Part shown: positions 50,779-64,000 of the stretch, in pieces | Layout of the letters: each line of letters opens with the position of its first letter | Numbering within the stretch: the first letter of the stretch is position 1 | Assembly: GCA_973851085.1 (NCBI GenBank) | Contig: OZ316776.1 | Coordinates: 3,472,001 to 3,536,000 of the forward strand | DNA: 64,000 nucleotides | Source: Ptychomitrium polyphyllum | Lineage: Eukaryota | Direction of reading: 5' to 3' | Notes under the pieces: generated by a model | What the model saw: only the letters and a program-made list of their open reading frames with translations | Told to the model about the DNA's origin: nothing | Databases searched by the model: none | Made by a program: the position numbers and the translations under genes

Positions 50779-51070
50779 AAAAAAACTCAAAACAAATATT
50801 TCATTATCGAATGTCATATCCTCCTCCATTGTCAAAATCCGTTCTTTGCAAAAGATATAGAGGGAAACGAATGATAACAAAAGCACCTTGTATGTGTGTA
50901 GGATATTCTTCACAATGCAATTACATATTGCCTGTACTCCATGTGTTCAGGCATAAAAATGCTCAATCTCGCATGATAAACTTTAAATCTGAGGTTGAGA
51001 TTTTTCCAGACTCTGAGGTACAAAACATTCGAGTACAGATCTTCATATAAGTCGATGCAACAAAATCTAC

Positions 51071-54000
51071 TCAAGTAGAAACAAAATCATCTCGACGACA
51101 AACCCTCCAGCTACGGTCATCCTTGAATTCCAAAATGAAAGTGTGAAATCTAACCAAAGAGGGTCGGTGACCGATGGAAACATACGTTTCTAGTTTCTCA
51201 GACAACAATGCATACAGATGTCTTTCATTCCCTACGTCAAGAGCGCTACTTGCTTCGTCCAGGAAGGCAACTTTCGGATAATGCAGAAATAGTCTTGCAA
51301 ATGCCAACCGTTGTTGTTCCCCTGAGCTCAGAGTGTCTGACCAATCCTTCACCGCGTCAAGTCCACCAACTCGGGCTGGTAAAGCCTCCAGTTTCACTTC
51401 TTCCAGTGCCATGTGTAGCTCACTATTGCTACTGATATTAGAAGCATTCGCGTTATTTGAAGACTTTGGAAACAGAAGCTGGTCACGCAGTGACCCTAAA
51501 GGCATGTATGGCTTCTGGGGCAGGAAGAAGGTGTCGCTACTAGAAGGGCTCTGTAAAAGTCCACTTCCTCGGTTCCATAAGCCTGCAATTGCGCGGAGCA
51601 GTGAGGATTTTCCACATCCTGATGGACCCATGACAAGGAGTGACTCTCCAGGGGCTAATTGCAAATTCAAGTCACGGTAAAGCACACTCTGTGAATTGGG
51701 GGTGATGATTGAAAGATCCTTCAGAACTAGACCCGGACCCACTTCCCGCACTATGTGTCCTGCACCACACCAGAGAAGAGGTCATCTACTGAATTTGCTT
51801 TAAGTAGAAATGTGTACCGGAAGGCACAGTTTAAAGATCGCTTGTACTCGCTTCAATGTTTTCTTCTTTAAGATAAAAGATCACGAGGAGCAACTCTGTA
51901 CAGTGCTGAGTGGAATGAACGCATGTTTTAAGCCTAAATTCCACTTATCAGAATAATCAACTCTCCGCATATTCTAGGTACGCTAGAGTTACATGATGCA
52001 ATGAAAAAGATGATCGAGTGGGTCACTTGAATAAAAGAAAAGCACATTTCCAAAGTTTATATGTCATGAGACAGACCACAACACAGTTTTCACGAATCAT
52101 GGTTTAAGTGGACAGACCAGTAGGCACAGAGCCTGGGATAATCAGAGAGCTGTCCTCACGGTCATCAATTATCGCTGCCAGGCCCAATGCAGGTGAAGTT
52201 CGCCCAAAATGACGCTTCATTAACCGCACATCTCCAGTATGATCATCGAGGGCTGAAATAAGACTTTCAAGTCTTTCAATCTGCGCTGCAAGACCACTGA
52301 GAAACCATCTTTCTGATCAGCACTTACATAGCATCTTTCTGATCAAAAGCAACCTAAATCAGCACTAACGATGTTCATCTCCTAATGAGCCCATAACTAA
52401 ACCTTATTGAGCTTTTCAATTGAACCCCAAAACAGTACGCAATCAGAAAAAAGGCAAGTTGACTTTTATTAGACCTTAAGATCACATGGCGTATCCTACT
52501 GAAGAGACTCTTCATACGGAAGAAAAAGAGGTAAATATAATAGTCAGATTCTTGTTCCAAGGAGACCAATTATAAAAGCAAACCTGAAGCTGTCAAACTT
52601 GAGCACAATAATAGAAAGAGCAGCTAAAATTCTGTGAAATGCGAAACCGGTTTGCGAGATAACACCAAATTGCACCTGACAAGCCAAGCCGGACTCATCA
52701 GCTGTTTATATTCTTCTTATGAAAGCCTTGCCACTCTAAGAATTGTTAGTGATTCTCCAAGACTGCCAGAACAAATCAAGTTCTCACAATTTAACCATGG
52801 TTAGCTTGCAACTATTAGGCTGAACAATACATAAAACTGCCTATATATAAAATTGTCTATATATTTGTCTACGTAAAAGCACACTAAGTCAAGTCGCTGG
52901 CGTGGGGTGTACCTCCCCAGAAAAATAACGAGGAGCAACAATAACGGACGGAACAATGATCATAGAGAACTCATACACATTGTTAAAGAGAGACAGATGT
53001 CGGTTCCACATAATGAGTTCCCTAACATTTTCCACCATAATGGCTAAAAAAGCCTGAAACAAAATATAAAGAATAACACCATCAGATAAGCACAGACCCC
53101 TGGAAAACTAAACTAATCAAATTATATAAAATTGTGCGATAACCTAGTGTATGGCTGAAAGTACTCCATCACACTGTTCCAACTCAAATAAAACAGATAA
53201 AAGTTACACGACCTTTATTGTAGTTGATTCATGACTTTCGCCACGGTAGAAAGCTATAGACTCGACATTGTCACGCACTCGTACCAGTGAATACCTGAAA
53301 TTTGCCTCTGTCTGAATGGCCTGCGCAGAAGTAGAATCCATCATCAAAAGTGTCAACTCTGCTTAGTACTCTTGACTTGAAATAGGAACTTTATCAGGTA
53401 GTTGCAAATGATTTGTCTCCAAAACCAAACAAAACATTTCTATATTAGAAAGTCTACCTGATATTTAAGGGTCATTAACCGACTCCCAAAGCCCTTAACA
53501 GTGACGAGGGTCCCAAATGATGAGTAAGCGACCAGGAAGTAGACCAACTCTGGAGCTATGGTCCTGTACACTCAATAGATTCATATCAAAGAAATGATAT
53601 ACAACCTAGAAATGCCTTAACTTCGACAAAATGCCTGATACAGCTGGAGGAATGATTGCATGCCTGTTTGTTAAGATATTCTAGCACTTGCTATCGAATA
53701 GAACTTGCCAGTTCTATCTGAATTCTAAGCATTGAAATGAATACAGATACAAAATAAAGGAGAGCATAAAATAGGAAACACTAGTTATTACAATAGCTTA
53801 CCAGAGAACACCAGTGAAGCCAATGACATTCAGAAACTTGCTTGAAAATAAGGCAATGATATCTACAGTGTTTCGAACAAAGTTCCATACATCCTCGCAG
53901 ATTCGCTGGTCAGGATTATCGATTTTACCATCCACTTTCAGATCAAAATATGCCCTGTTGGCTTCAAGTATAACCATCCTCCACACACCAGAAGTTAGTT

Positions 54001-55621
54001 CTAGTCGACCTATTCGTATACACAGAGCATCATGCAGGGCATCTTAGTTCCCCATTTTCAGCAATTAGGAGTGCACTTGCTTGTTGCAACTAGAAATCTA
54101 GCGTAGCCAGTAAAGTAGATGCTCAAATCTTTGCAACAGACAGGATACAAACAAATATCTTTTGAACGTGACTATCACAATGCCGCAATATTTTACTTCA
54201 GAATCGAACAGGATGAGTTGAAAGGCTTGGCAATAGGTTAATACAGAAATAACTGGAGAGAAGGTACTCCGTCAGCCATTCCCGCCACTCAAGACAAAGC
54301 AGCTCCTGCAACCAGAGACTGTATGTCACATCCTAGAAGCACGAATAAAAGTTGCCAAGCATATATAGTTTTGTAATACAGATGCAACAAATCAAGACAA
54401 CGAGTCAAAAAGAATCAAAGTAATTACATCCTTACCTAAAAAGCATACCATTGTCCGATTTCAATCGATTAAATGCTTTTCCACCATCAAAACGCTGACA
54501 TGCTAACCTAAACACAAATCACTACTATAAACCCAAGCTCCAAAACTCTCCCCGCTCCAACATATCAACGCAGGTACAATCAAGGCATATGAAAATCCAA
54601 GACCAGCAGTCAAGAGAGAGAACCTGCATGTACTGGTAAAATGAGTACAAAGGAGCTGCGACTACAATAATCACCACAAATTGCCAGATGGCTCTGTCAA
54701 ATCCGGAAATGTCCTTGCTGGAAAGAGCTGTTGAAAAGTCCCTCTGAACATATGACATCACCACGAACAAGCCTGCCGTACCGCAATCAGTGGCAGACTT
54801 AGACTTGTGACACGCTTGTTTCCACCCCAAAGCATGTGGAATACATTTTACAACAGTGCATTCAGATATATGTCAACAAAGGGAGAACGGGTTCTAAAAC
54901 AAATCGTCGTTTAAAGACCTCACAGGACAAGCCTTCGAATGGTGAAACAATAAGGTTTAAGAGACTCTGCAAGGACCAATTTCATGCTCGAAACCAAGGG
55001 CAACCGCAGAGCCAATCTTTCATACTACGCTAAACATGCATCTTAGCACCATGAAATAGATATAAAGGGATTCATAGAACTTGCTGTCCTCATAGCTAAA
55101 CTTGTCAATGTTTTTTCAGGGATCCTTAAATGATGCAGCTTGAGTTGAGCTACATTGTCGACGAAAAGTACCAGTTTTTTGTATTAAATTAGTCGTTATC
55201 GGTGGACAAGCAACAAGACAGGACAAAGACTACTGCTACATAAAATTCGTTTTGACAGTAAGGATTTCTTCACCATGCCAAACACATAACAACCAATCAG
55301 CAACAGCTTTATAGGATTGATATACGACACAAAATAAGATAAAGCATGCGTCAATTCTGCTTGACCTAAAATGCTCGGGAGTTGAAGCTGTGAAGATCTC
55401 ACACGAACATCGGACATCATAAAATTTAAGAGAACCAAGTGAAAAGAAATACCTGCACAGAATGCGCAAAGCACAAGGACGGCGATAAGAAGAAATCGAG
55501 CTCTTGCTTTGCGATTGCCATAAAAGAACAGGCTGCCAACTTTCCACAGCTTCCTGATCAGATCAAAGGATAGCTCCGGAGGGCCTCGGTGCCCTGTCCC
55601 CACGCTCGATGTCACAGGCAT
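51071..55621 (-). CDS. ABC transporter subfamily D half-transporter (ABCD2/YddA-like, TMD-NBD), multi-exon
   Basis: TMD peptides RDFSTALSSKDISGF, LEWREWLT, IDNPDQRICED and FRYSLVRVRDNVESIAFYRGE (EAA-like). NBD: Walker A GPSGCGKS, FLPQKPYMPLGSLRDQL, signature LSSGEQQR, Walker B FLDEA, SIGHR. Start codon uncertain. Confidence 0.92.
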
Positions 55622-57153
55622 CCTGAATCAAGCCTTATGCTCCTTTAAATTGTTACTCTCTTGTCTCAAAGAGCAACCTCTGCATCAGGCTCAGAATTTG
55701 TGCTTAAAGTTTCATCTCAACGACCACAAATCCCCTCCTTCACCACAAGGCACTGGCAAATGATATCAAAGGTAGCTTCCGAGGCTCCGTAACGCCAAGC
55801 CCGATCTGGGAACCGATGAGATCACCAATTTTCAAATGGACCTTACTTGCGTAATAACTATCAACTTCCGAGGCTGTTCATAAGTCAATATACAACCATC
55901 TGAGACAATTGTCACGCAATGTCATCAAAAGCCTACACTCGATCCATACCACTGTACATTCTCCGCATTCAAAACCAATTCCTCTATAGCTCTGCCTTTC
56001 GTTGACTTCCTCTGTCATCACCTTCAAGTTTACAACTCTCAACCGCCGCATCGCCCTTGAGCCTCCACGCCACCTTCACATCTTGCCACGGAAGAATCTC
56101 TGGAGAAGCCTACACACCACCACGCTGTCTTGCATTCACCCTCTCGTCACCTTCAACTTGACCACCGCTTCAACAACAAGCCACATCATGTGGCATCCAA
56201 GTGCAATTCCTCTTCTTTCAATCGATGATCTATCCTCTTCCCTTCTCTTCACTCTAAACTCCCATCACTTAGTCTGAATGCTCAAAGAACGCTGCTACTA
56301 AAAATCGAAGCGAAATCAAGAGGAGATGTCCAGCTGTCCTACTGTAACATGACACCACTGCTGACGAAGAGGAAAGCAGGGAAGGTCACACGAAACAAAG
56401 GGTCCAGAACTGCCACTGTACCACCTACTTTGCAGCGCTAGTGCACAGCAGATGATTGCCAAACCTGAAAGACGTTTGTGGCGTCATCAAAAATCATGAG
56501 CTACGGCAGTAGAAAACCATCCCCACCTTTTCACGTCGCCGCATTATTAATTTTCTGCTACCAGTTTTCTGCAACAGTAAAATACTACTTCACAGGGAGT
56601 TCAAAAACCATACAATACAACAAGACACAGAACCTCTTCATGTAATTGGGGTGCCGGAAACCCTAAACCTGCAAACGAGATATACTACCGAGACTCCGAA
56701 TTGTGTAAATCAAAAAGATCTGACCGCAAATGGGAGTTGCAAGGAAAACATCTGACCAGGCTAGGTGACCAGACAAGGTTAACATTGAACAACTCGACAG
56801 GGTAGCGGTTGGAAGTGCACTCATCAGCTGAATAAGTGTTAGTTAGCCAAGTAGTAACAAACTCATAGGACGTGTGAGCACAAGCAAGTCTTGATCATGA
56901 AGCTTCAGCTTCAGTGGCGGGCACCTCAAGACCTAGACCTGACACGCAACTTGCGTTTACAACAAGAGGAAAGTCGAGGAAGTCCAAGATCACACAACAC
57001 ACAGACCATTGATCTTCAACAAAAGAGAATTTATGCTGCTTCAACAGCACAAGAGGGCGAAGCAATTTCCTCAAGGTTCCATGACAAAACTATGGATACA
57101 AAAGTTTACAAAAACGCGCAAGTTCAAACCCAAACTAAGTAAGTTTGATCTGT

Positions 57154-58258
57154 CTAGGCCCTGACAAAAATTCGGAGCTCCCCACGGTCCCCACGGCTGA
57201 TTCTAAAATCCTCATCCAAGTAAGTAGTGTCAAAGCTACCGGCTCCCCGAGCAGTAGATGATTGCCTCAAAAATTCCGGAAGTGGGGGCGTGTCAAACGG
57301 GGGCAACTGCGACAACCCCCCAGTTGGCTTCACAGTTGTTTTCTGGAACACAATTCGGATGCCATTCTCACTCGTAACCTCGAAAGTGTGAGCCAAAGTT
57401 GCCGTTACTTCAAACGGCGGCAAGGGCCAAGGAGTGCCTATGCGCAAGTCCACAATATTGTCCAGCTCGTTGGTTACGACATCTATCCTTTGATAAACCT
57501 GGAAGAATGCACCACAAATTCAGATGTATGTGCTTCATCACATGACAGAAAACACGAGAAGTATGACGACAGGGTAGAAGTTCACAGACCTGGCCTAGGT
57601 TTAAAGGAAGAAGACGTCCCAAAGGGGGACCTGGTCTTTCTCCTCCAAGGCTGCCGGTAGCGAACCCGCTGGTAAAGACCAAGCGCCATCTGCCTTGCAG
57701 CAAGTCCAAATCCCTCGGCAGCTGGATTGGGTCTCCTGCTGCTTCCAGTTTACGAGCTGCCATAGCCGCAGCTGTTTCATCGTTTGCAGTTGCCAACAAT
57801 CCCCTGTCTAATCCTGCAATGATGCTCTGCATCGCCAAGAAGCTCCCACATATCACTAACTCCTTCGAACAGTGTAAGGATAAATTGAGACTCCGCAAAC
57901 AAAAGTAACTTGAGAGCGATTCTCATCTGCTAGAACATGGCTAACAGAAGAACAGTGAAGTGGGTGTTGCAAATCTCACAAGGAGCTCCGACTTGAGACC
58001 CGAATTGTCATTTCCTCCGGAGGGCTTTGAGAATGGTGGATTGGCAACAAGAGGTTCATAAGCCGCCGTCACCTTAGACAAGGCCACTGAACCAATTCTG
58101 GTACCGGACCTTAGTTCTTGCGCAACACCAAAAAACCTGGACTCGCCTAGAAGAAACCCCGAGGCAGACCTTGCCACCGCAGTTGCATGCTCTTGTCCAT
58201 TGCACCGCTGAACCGCTGACGCGACACAAATAGGAGTCAGCGCCGTAAGTGATGCCAT
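57154..58258 (-). CDS. FBN4: Plastid lipid-associated protein / fibrillin 4 (harpin-binding-protein-like), 3 exons
   Basis: Exons 58258-57980, 57826-57590 and 57498-57154. Transit-peptide-like N-terminus; LDRGL, LDLLQGRWRLVFTSGF..SLGGERPGPPLGRLLP..LGQ|VYQRID, PWPLPPFEVTATLAHTFE and TYLDEDFRISRGDRGELRIF match the FBN4 type. Confidence 0.9.
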
Positions 58259-60512
58259 AACCCTCACTCAGCACAGCAACAGAACCAACACAACAAATCC
58301 CTACTCCCTTATCCCTGAATCACCTCAATTCCTAGCCACAGCAGAAAACCTCACGAATCCAGTAACACCGGTTCTAAACTGAAGCAATACTGGTAACAAC
58401 TGCTGCAACTGAACTCGCTAAAGACCAAGAGCTCACTACAGGTACAACTTGTGAAGCAGAGGGTGGAAAAACTGCTGTAAAGAAATGCAGGAGAATTTGG
58501 GAGATAGCCGACTGAAGCTGAATTGCGGTGGAAATTGTAGCAGCAATTGGCAGAGTATGGCAATGGTTCCAAGGTGTCCAAATTGTCTGATCTACGAGAC
58601 AGGTTTGCCAAGTAGTGATGCTGCCCATGTCTGAAGAGCAAGGAGCGTGGCATCCCCAGCACGCACACCACTGAGCTTCGACGAATGAAAGGCTCTTCGG
58701 ATGAACGACGGGAGATGCAGTCATGAGGCACAGTGTCTATCGCTGCAGCGTCCGATTGATCACTGGACTTGACTTTTGCTCCGAAGTCCAACAACTCGGT
58801 CTACTGCTGAGCCTTTGATTTTGACCTGTTCGCAGAGCATCACTACAATTGGATCCCACTTCAAAAGGGTTTGTAGAGCACAGCAACCATCTGCGAACGC
58901 GAGCTGAGAAGTTGTGGATTCATCGTCAGCGTTGCCATCGGCAGTCTCAAGAGTCTGACGTACATCGCACTGCATCCGATCGGATCACGTGTCTGAGTAG
59001 GTATTGTTAATCCAAATTCGCAGTTACACCTAATAATCCAACTAATCAGTGTAGTCCTTTGATTATAGGAATTATGATCGTACTTGTCACTAATTCAATA
59101 AAAGCTAAGTAAATGGATGGAGTTACAAGAAAGGTAGAAGAAGAGTTGGAAGCTCGACAAAGAGAAAACACCGCACTCAATTTATCCTTACACTGTTCAG
59201 AAAACCTCACTAAATCCGTGCCTTTTGGGGCTAGAGGTGATTATGCCCCTCAATGCCAAGAAGGATCTGTGTTTTCATGGTTTGTGATTTGATGAATGAA
59301 GAATGACTTTCTTAACAACAGTTTGGAGACCTGCAAGACGTAGCGTGCCATGAATAGGCCTGCAGAAGTTCGGGGCGAACAGATTTACAAATCAGTGGAA
59401 AGATTGTATTTATAGACAATTGTAGAGGATACATAGCCGATAATGGTGACTGCGAAATTATCATCTCCTTTCCAACTCTGGTACTCACAGCTGTTAAATA
59501 ATTTCCATCCCAAGTAAGATAAAGGTTGGATCCCATCCACACGTCTCAATGTGCAGATTGTGAAATCACGGCGTCGATGAAACAATTCGTTATGTCTGGA
59601 TTCTTCAAATGGCAATAGCGTCGTGCATGTGTACAACTTCATCAGATCACCTGCTGTATATTCTCCACGGAAGGAGCCAAATCTGCGAAGTATCTATGAG
59701 CCAGAGCACGGCGTTCGGAGAACACCTCGATGTACGCTCAGTTTGACCGAAGAAGAAGTCTGTCACTTCGTGCACAGGATGTCCAGGAATTAAATTTTCA
59801 GCCAGCCAGATGATAGCCCAGATGAGGATGAAGGGTTGGTTGCACTGACGTGGTGGCTTGAAATAGGCGAGCCTCCTCCACCATGTGGTAGATTTGAGGC
59901 ATGACATGAAAGTGATATGTTCGTGTTGCATAGGACTCTTACAGGTCGAGGTCACGGTAAAGGCAGCACGTCTGCTGGTTGCTGAATTGCAACACAAACT
60001 CTTGTCATGGTCACATCTGCAATCTTTCTTACCATCGAGGTGAATTCATTGAACTGCAAGACAAGGTTTGCGGAGTCACGAGTGAAGACTTAACAATACT
60101 TTATTCAGCTTACTAGAAGATCCTCCAAGGAGTCTGACTAGTTCAGATATTCAAGGTTTAGAATTGAGCTTCAGATCGGCTTCTAGCAACTTTTGTATTT
60201 CCTACATGTTCAATATTCGGGCTTGAGTGTGCCGTAACAATGTATGACTGTACTCACTACCAGGTTGCTCGCACCCTGCTTTTATTTCTTAAGTAGCACA
60301 TCTCGATTAGAATGTAAGCAAGTAATACATTCGAGGAGGATGCACTGTACCAGTATGAAGCCTTTAGAATGGCAGATCACCCCTGCTCTCTTTAAACTTT
60401 GGGGCATGAAAGGCAACCGCAATTGGTCCTTTTTTCCTTCAGGATGACCGAACTTGCTAGCAGAAACCTAGTTTCAGCTTACACTAATAAATGAACATGA
60501 TATTCAGTTACT

Positions 60513-63500
60513 CTAAACTGCATCATGTTTGCACATGCACTCTATGCACCTCGGATGCCTATAAATGCTCCGAGATACTGGGCGAAGAGTGATCCTTTTG
60601 GTCTCCTTCACAACTTTGCGAACCTTAGTCTCAAAATGGCTCCATTCAATGCTGCCGTTGCTCTCAAACACAGCTGCCAACCGTCTCTTATTGGGACGTA
60701 TTGTAGGAGCGTGGCCTGAGCCGTGGTAGATCCGGTAGCCAGCAACTAGAGATGAGAGCTGGCTGCTTGAGTCGGTCATGGCGAACGCATCTGCCGATGC
60801 GGATGCTAAATAGTCCAGTACTGCTAACTGCATAGAAACGCATCAAAGAAAATCAAATCAAATGATTAAGACAAAAGTGATGCCCAGTAGTCCAGTATCC
60901 AAATTGGAACCCGGAAATGTAACAGGCTTGGAAAAGTCTAGTGTTTATTGACCTGAGAAGAGTGATTGCGAAATGGTTGAAGCTCCTCAACCGTCAGAAG
61001 ATCTTCTTTGGTCACTATATTAGGGTATAAATACTTGAGACGAGTCATCTTTGCTTCCCCACCATACATGTGAGTTCCTGCAAGATAGATTCTCGTTCCT
61101 CTCCTAAAACCCAAGGCAGCCAACATGAGAAAAGCTTCTTCTGGCATCAGAGGGCAATGGCCCAGCTCCCTCTGGTTCTCAGCCGACCCCAACCTGCAAA
61201 GACCACGATTTCATCAAATTCGATTGTTCTCGAGTGTCATATAATTCCTAGAACAAGAAAATATTGCTGTAATTCCAGCAAAGAAAAGGCTGAGAATTAC
61301 ATATAGCACGAAAGGAAAGATCAGCACAAGACAATTCCAGAGCGCTGACTTCACAAGGCCTTGATTTCTGCTTCTTGCATTTGTCTCGAAGTGGATGCAA
61401 AGTCTGAAATGGAAAGAAAAGCCTTACTTTCCATCATGCTCCAGCTTGGCAAGAGTTGGAAAATGTTCTGCTCGATAAGCTCGAAGCTCTTCTCTCTCAG
61501 GGTCACCTCCTCCAAAGTCACATAAGGAATAGGCTACCATATCTATCTCAAACCGCAAGTGAACAGCCAGGTACTTGGGAACATTCTTGGCAAAACGTAT
61601 TCGAGATTTTTCGCCTTCTGTAGCAGTTCCACGTAACATTTTAGTGCTTAAGCATGAACAGATAAAGAAGGAATCACCCAATTTCAGAGAGCGTTACCAG
61701 ATAGCAACTATTTCATTGTTCTCAAGTAAACAGTTCTTTGGATGCAATCTCCAAAATATTACGATGGATAGGCCCTAGTAGTGGGCAACGGATTACCTGT
61801 CCATTGCGTTTTTCCATCAACAAGAAACTCATCATCACTTGGCCCCCAGCGGGGACTCTTCTCTCGCATCCTTTCCACAATCAATTTTCCCGTAACTTGT
61901 AATTCCGGAACAAATTTTAGTGCATGGAAATTGCATCGACATCTGAGTCTCTGCAAAACCAATATGCTCATCAATCAAGACATATGAACTTAGGTCGAAA
62001 GCTTCATACGACATATAAGCAGAAAGAGAATGAAGCATTCAGACTTCGGAATAGAATACCTGAATATCAAAAGGTACAGGGTCAAAAGCCAAACGATTGC
62101 CGAAACCTTCAAAAAGCACTACGCGTGTCTTTAACAAAAGAGGGAGGATGTACTTAAGGTAGAAACTGGGCTTCGCTTCCTTCGGAACGTCAAGTTCTGT
62201 CACCTACATTATCCACGTCAGCAATGGGGCAAAAGCAGAAAATAAAACACGCACAAGCTCCTAAAAAACCACAAAAGAGTGTTTTAGTATCTAATATCGG
62301 AGTACGTAGAAAACCACATGTGGAAAAGGTGGTCTGTAGACTCTAAATAGAACAAGCTGAGCTCACATAAATGTTACATCGTTTATTATGCTCACAACCA
62401 ACACAGATCATATAGATGAGACTGTTCATTTGAGTTGCACTTAAAAAAAGACAACGGCATGCTAGTCTTACTGTACTCCAATTCAAGTCATAGACAACAG
62501 AGAGAGGACCTAAAACCATGAAAATGAGTTCTTAGAGTAGTACCACCATAATAAATTTATTGCAGAACGTACCACAGCTTCAAGTCCATCAAGATCCAAA
62601 GATTGTAGCTCGAAAGGAAGCTCTTTCACAATTCGCACATCATCTTTCAAATAGTCTATGAAATATTCTTCCTCGTATATATTTCCAAACTGACTGCACC
62701 AACACCCACAGAATCATGGCGTTAACCGTGTTAAAATGTAACGTGTGCAGGCAATACGACCACCAGAACGATACAGCTACCCAGATTCAAATCAAGATCT
62801 GAAATGAACAGACTCATCTATATGATCCTGGGTCATTATCATCAATCCTACCCTCTCGTATTGACCAAAACTTTCCGACATGATGATATATATGTTCAGG
62901 AAGAGCACCTTGAGTCTATCCATACACTGTTGTATAAAAATTTAGGCAAAACTAAAGTGGCATTCAGCATCCGAGCAACCGCCACAGCATTGCAGATCTG
63001 CAAGTCAATTCCATAAATTCTGCCAGTACGTCAACTTGCAAATGCTGTGAGCTGTTACATGGGACAGAGTATAATGAGACTGTTGGCTGAGGACATGTTC
63101 CAGTGCATCTTTTCATGATAGAACCATTAGAAAACAGTAAAAAACCAAAGAAGTAGAAGGTCTACCGCAACACGCTGCTGGCTGAGGCCGCCGTTGGCAT
63201 TGATCATGATGTAGCCAGTGCTGTCTTCGGGTGATGGAGGAGCTGCAATCAAAGCCACAATCATTCCCTAAGTGACGCTGCTGTAATGATCCTTGTTAAG
63301 GTGGAGGCAGATACATTCCGATACTGCTTACTTGGCTCCATGCGAAGTAATTTATAAAATTAACGTGAGCCTGTGAATACATCGCATATCACTACATCTT
63401 GATTTCCAGAAGGGTTAGTCTTCTCCGTTGCCCAGAAGAAAACAACCTATAAATGTGACATCAGTAGACTGTAAAACTGACTCTATTTCTAAACAATCCC

Positions 63501-64000
63501 AAAATTCTCAACGTCACACTGTTTCGAATGTACAAATTCAAAGTATTCAAAATTGAGAAGAGCTGACCAGTGTGCTTCTCAGATCGTTGATTTGCACAAG
63601 GAAGCCATGTAGTCGCATTCTCAGTTGGCTCCTCCCACAAACCGTCAGGCTCGGGCTTCAACTCGATCTGCAATAATATGTAGCTATGATGAGCTACAAA
63701 TCAAATAATCATCACTGATTTCACCTGATCTATTGACAACTCAGGATCAAAGAAAATCAGATACTTCGCTACTTCAGTTCATACAAGCACAACTGAAAAG
63801 TATTACAACCTTCCTATTCAGGAGGTACGGTATAAAATAAAAGAATAGTGGCTTGGCTTTCTGTACCAAAAAAACAAACACCGTAAAATGAGATGTCAGA
63901 GAAGCCCTGGGTAGACCTCATCACCTCAGCAAGTCCATGTGCCGCCAAGGCAAGCAGTCGTCCATATATGACAGCAGAAGGTCGATTCTTGCGACCATCC
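60513..64000 (-). CDS. O-fucosyltransferase-family (DUF246/GT106) glycosyltransferase, 5' part runs off the window end
   Basis: GYIMINANGGLSQQRVA|ICNAVAVARMLNATLVLPKFLYNSVW, FGNRLAFDPVPFDIQ|RLRCRCNFHALKF, YLAVHLRFEIDMVAYSLC, GHCPLMPEE, TRIYLAG, LAVLDY. Stop at 60513-60515. Confidence 0.95.

Noticed and set aside
58351..60000. Several 70-150 aa ORFs between FBN4 and the O-fucosyltransferase gene
   Set aside because: No family motifs; more plausibly FBN4 promoter and extended 3'UTR.

Overview
Eukaryotic, intron-rich plant genomic DNA. The gene set, intron style and an ALDH21-type relic suggest a moss, probably Physcomitrium patens or a relative (inference). Eleven apparently intact multi-exon genes are present: PEX6 (3' end off-window), an ankyrin-repeat ILK/VIK-type kinase, CBP20 (with a U12 AT-AC intron), a single-domain PR-10/Bet v1 protein, a PPR-SMR protein, a type II K+-independent H+-PPase, a small protein made only of an acidic tail plus a villin headpiece, an uncharacterised plant coiled-coil protein, an ABCD-type half transporter, fibrillin FBN4 and an O-fucosyltransferase-family gene (5' end off-window). 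Between them lie decayed gene relics: an ALDH21 pseudogene with an internally inverted exon, a xylulose kinase pseudogene and several unidentified fragments. There are also AT-rich islands sharing a dispersed repeat, and minisatellites. No rRNA, tRNA or CRISPR array was recognised. The most notable candidate novelty is the stand-alone villin-headpiece gene, which also carries U12-like splice signals around its first coding exon. Family calls come from remembered motifs, not database searches; exon boundaries were read by eye.
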